Source: Candidatus Methylacidiphilales bacterium
GTDB taxonomy: Bacteria > Verrucomicrobiota > Verrucomicrobiia > Methylacidiphilales > JAAUTS01
Length of the DNA stretch: 64,000 bases
NCBI GenBank assembly: GCA_038250235.1
Contig: JBBSCO010000010.1
Coordinates: 384-64,383 of the forward strand
Direction: 5' to 3'
Shown: positions 62,794-64,000 of the stretch, piece by piece
Layout of the letters: each line of letters starts with the position of its first letter
Position numbering within the stretch: position 1 is the stretch's first letter
Notes under the pieces: generated by a model
The model's input: the letters and a program-made list of their open reading frames with translations, nothing else
The model's database searches: none
What the model was told of the DNA's origin: nothing
Position numbers and translations under genes: made by a program

Positions 62794-64000
62794 TCAAGGC
62801 CATCGGCGGTAAAGATAAACTTTTTTCCCATCGGGAAAGGCGTATTCCTTGATCAGATTCCAGGAGTTATTGCGGTCAAGATAGGTCTTGAGTTCCGACT
62901 GCCACATCTCACCAGGTATCGCGTCTATAAATGCGCCAATGATATGCTAGTCCTGCACCACTACATACTACACCTGATCCAACTTTTTGATGGCACCTGC
63001 CAGATTCTTTTCCATACCGGAGGAAATTTTCTTCATGGCAATACCTTTGGCCAGTAGCTCCATCTGCAAAAACTCCGGAACGACCGGATTACCCTGGGTG
63101 AAACGCATGGAAAATTCCCGGCATGGGCTGGAGGCAGAAAGATCTTCCAACATCCCGCGGTTCACCAAAGTTTGGTTCCGCGCGGCATTGGGATCCAAAA
63201 TTCCCACAGGGGGATAAGAATACATCAGCCAGAAAGCCCCCACAAGAGAGGCACCAGAACACCATTGTTTCCATAAAGAAAGTTTCCAAAAGCGGGCATA
63301 TCCCTTCAACAAAGAAGCACCACAGTAAAACGATCCATAGATCAAAAACCGTAGAAGGCACCTCTCAGATAGGGGCTTTTCACAGGAAAATAGCCGTTTA
63401 AATGAGCCAATCCGAGAATCATCCATAACATTGATGCTCCCTGAAGCCGGACAGATAAATCTGCTTTGTAGCGCAATTCCCCCCAGGCAACCCGTCAGAA
63501 AAACTGCCATCAAGGGGAATAGGGCGATGCCTAGATTTGAGTGCAAGGCGCGGCCATAGAAATAATACAACCACCTGTGCGCATTGCTTCCCCGGAAGAC
63601 CCAGATTTCTTTTTGTTCGCCAAAACTGTTCTGGTAAAAGTAATTGATTATTTCGGAGGCGTGTTAGATTCAAGACCAGCCGGCTATCGCGAAAGCGGAG
63701 CCTAGAATTAAAATCGCGCTGAGAAATACCCTGGGCCAACCGCATTTCCCTGTCAGACAGGCCCGCAGAGCGGCCAAAAACCAGCTGCCTCCCATGACCA
63801 GGAGCGTCATCAAAAAAGTGGAAGGCTTGATGAGCATAGTCAGACCCAGGGCAGCTCCGAAGCATAAGCTGTAGCCTGCCTTATCAAAAGAACGGTCAGA
63901 GCAAAGCCACAAAACACTGCATCCGGAGATCACGGTCGCCCACATTAAATCCGGACGGAATTCCAAGGCACACAGAGAGGCAAAAGGAACCAACAAGAGG
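62794..64000 (-). pseudogene. GT39/ArnT-PMT_2-like membrane glycosyltransferase, 5'-partial, interrupted by four in-frame stops (tentative)
   Basis: One continuous frame reads ...GYSLCFGAALGLTMLIKPSTF...GWS[TGA]I[TAA]HASEIINYFY...AHRWLYYFYGRAL...KKLDQV[TAG]YVVVQD[TAG]HIIGAF...KKVYLYRRWP. It is a polytopic membrane protein, and the N-terminus lies beyond the window end. Confidence 0.3.

Noticed and set aside
62947-63672. In-frame TGA/TAA/TAG codons here and in pirin as evidence for an alternative genetic code
   Set aside because: All three stop codons terminate well-conserved genes at their expected C-termini in this window. For example, ssb ends DDEIPF-TAA, many ATGA-coupled genes end in TGA, and the YlbF-like gene ends in TAG.

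Overview
This is a 64-kb chromosomal window from a diderm bacterium, since BamA, Skp and LpxD are present. The GC-rich core genes, a MoxR/Bat aerotolerance operon, a deoxyhypusine-synthase-like gene and very frequent ATGA/GTGA start-stop overlaps fit a PVC/Verrucomicrobia-type genome. Taxonomy cannot be verified from here. Core content: prs; a fused MBL-exonuclease/ATP-dependent DNA ligase; rplY-pth-rpsF-ssb-rplI; bamA-skp-lpxD; tRNA-Met(CAU); rsgA; a class III adenylate cyclase; a GAF hybrid histidine kinase; an ECF sigma/anti-sigma pair; a LemA pair; moxR-DUF58-DUF4381-batA-batB-batD-batE; and an OmpR-type two-component pair. Accessory or unusual content: (i) 1-2.5 kb holds a co-oriented array of small, mostly decayed toxin-antitoxin/VOC cassettes with two kinds of repeats. 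(ii) 2.5-9.8 kb holds a divergent lipid-like cluster: KS, a Cys-less KS partner and a Cys-His-Asp lipoprotein facing epimerase, GT, membrane protein, SMR/EamA-like protein and a HydE-like radical SAM enzyme. (iii) 25-30 kb holds two paralogue pairs, GT2-type enzymes with an unknown C-terminal half and ATP-grasp-like proteins. (iv) 30.1-38.3 kb is a visibly AT-richer mosaic island with HicB, membrane NERD and DUF2007 genes, a DUF2075 nuclease-helicase-like ATPase, DUF488 plus an orphan gene, several gene fragments and three direct-repeat families. (v) A pirin gene is inactivated by a MITE with 26-bp terminal inverted repeats plus an in-frame TGA. (vi) A 600-bp non-coding region has nested long inverted repeats. 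(vii) A 145-bp tandem repeat reiterates the tRNA 3' end. No rRNA, CRISPR array, integrase or transposase gene was recognised. All family assignments come from motif recognition by eye, not from database searches. Start codons were refined from the ORF track where an ATGA overlap or a conserved N-terminus suggested it.
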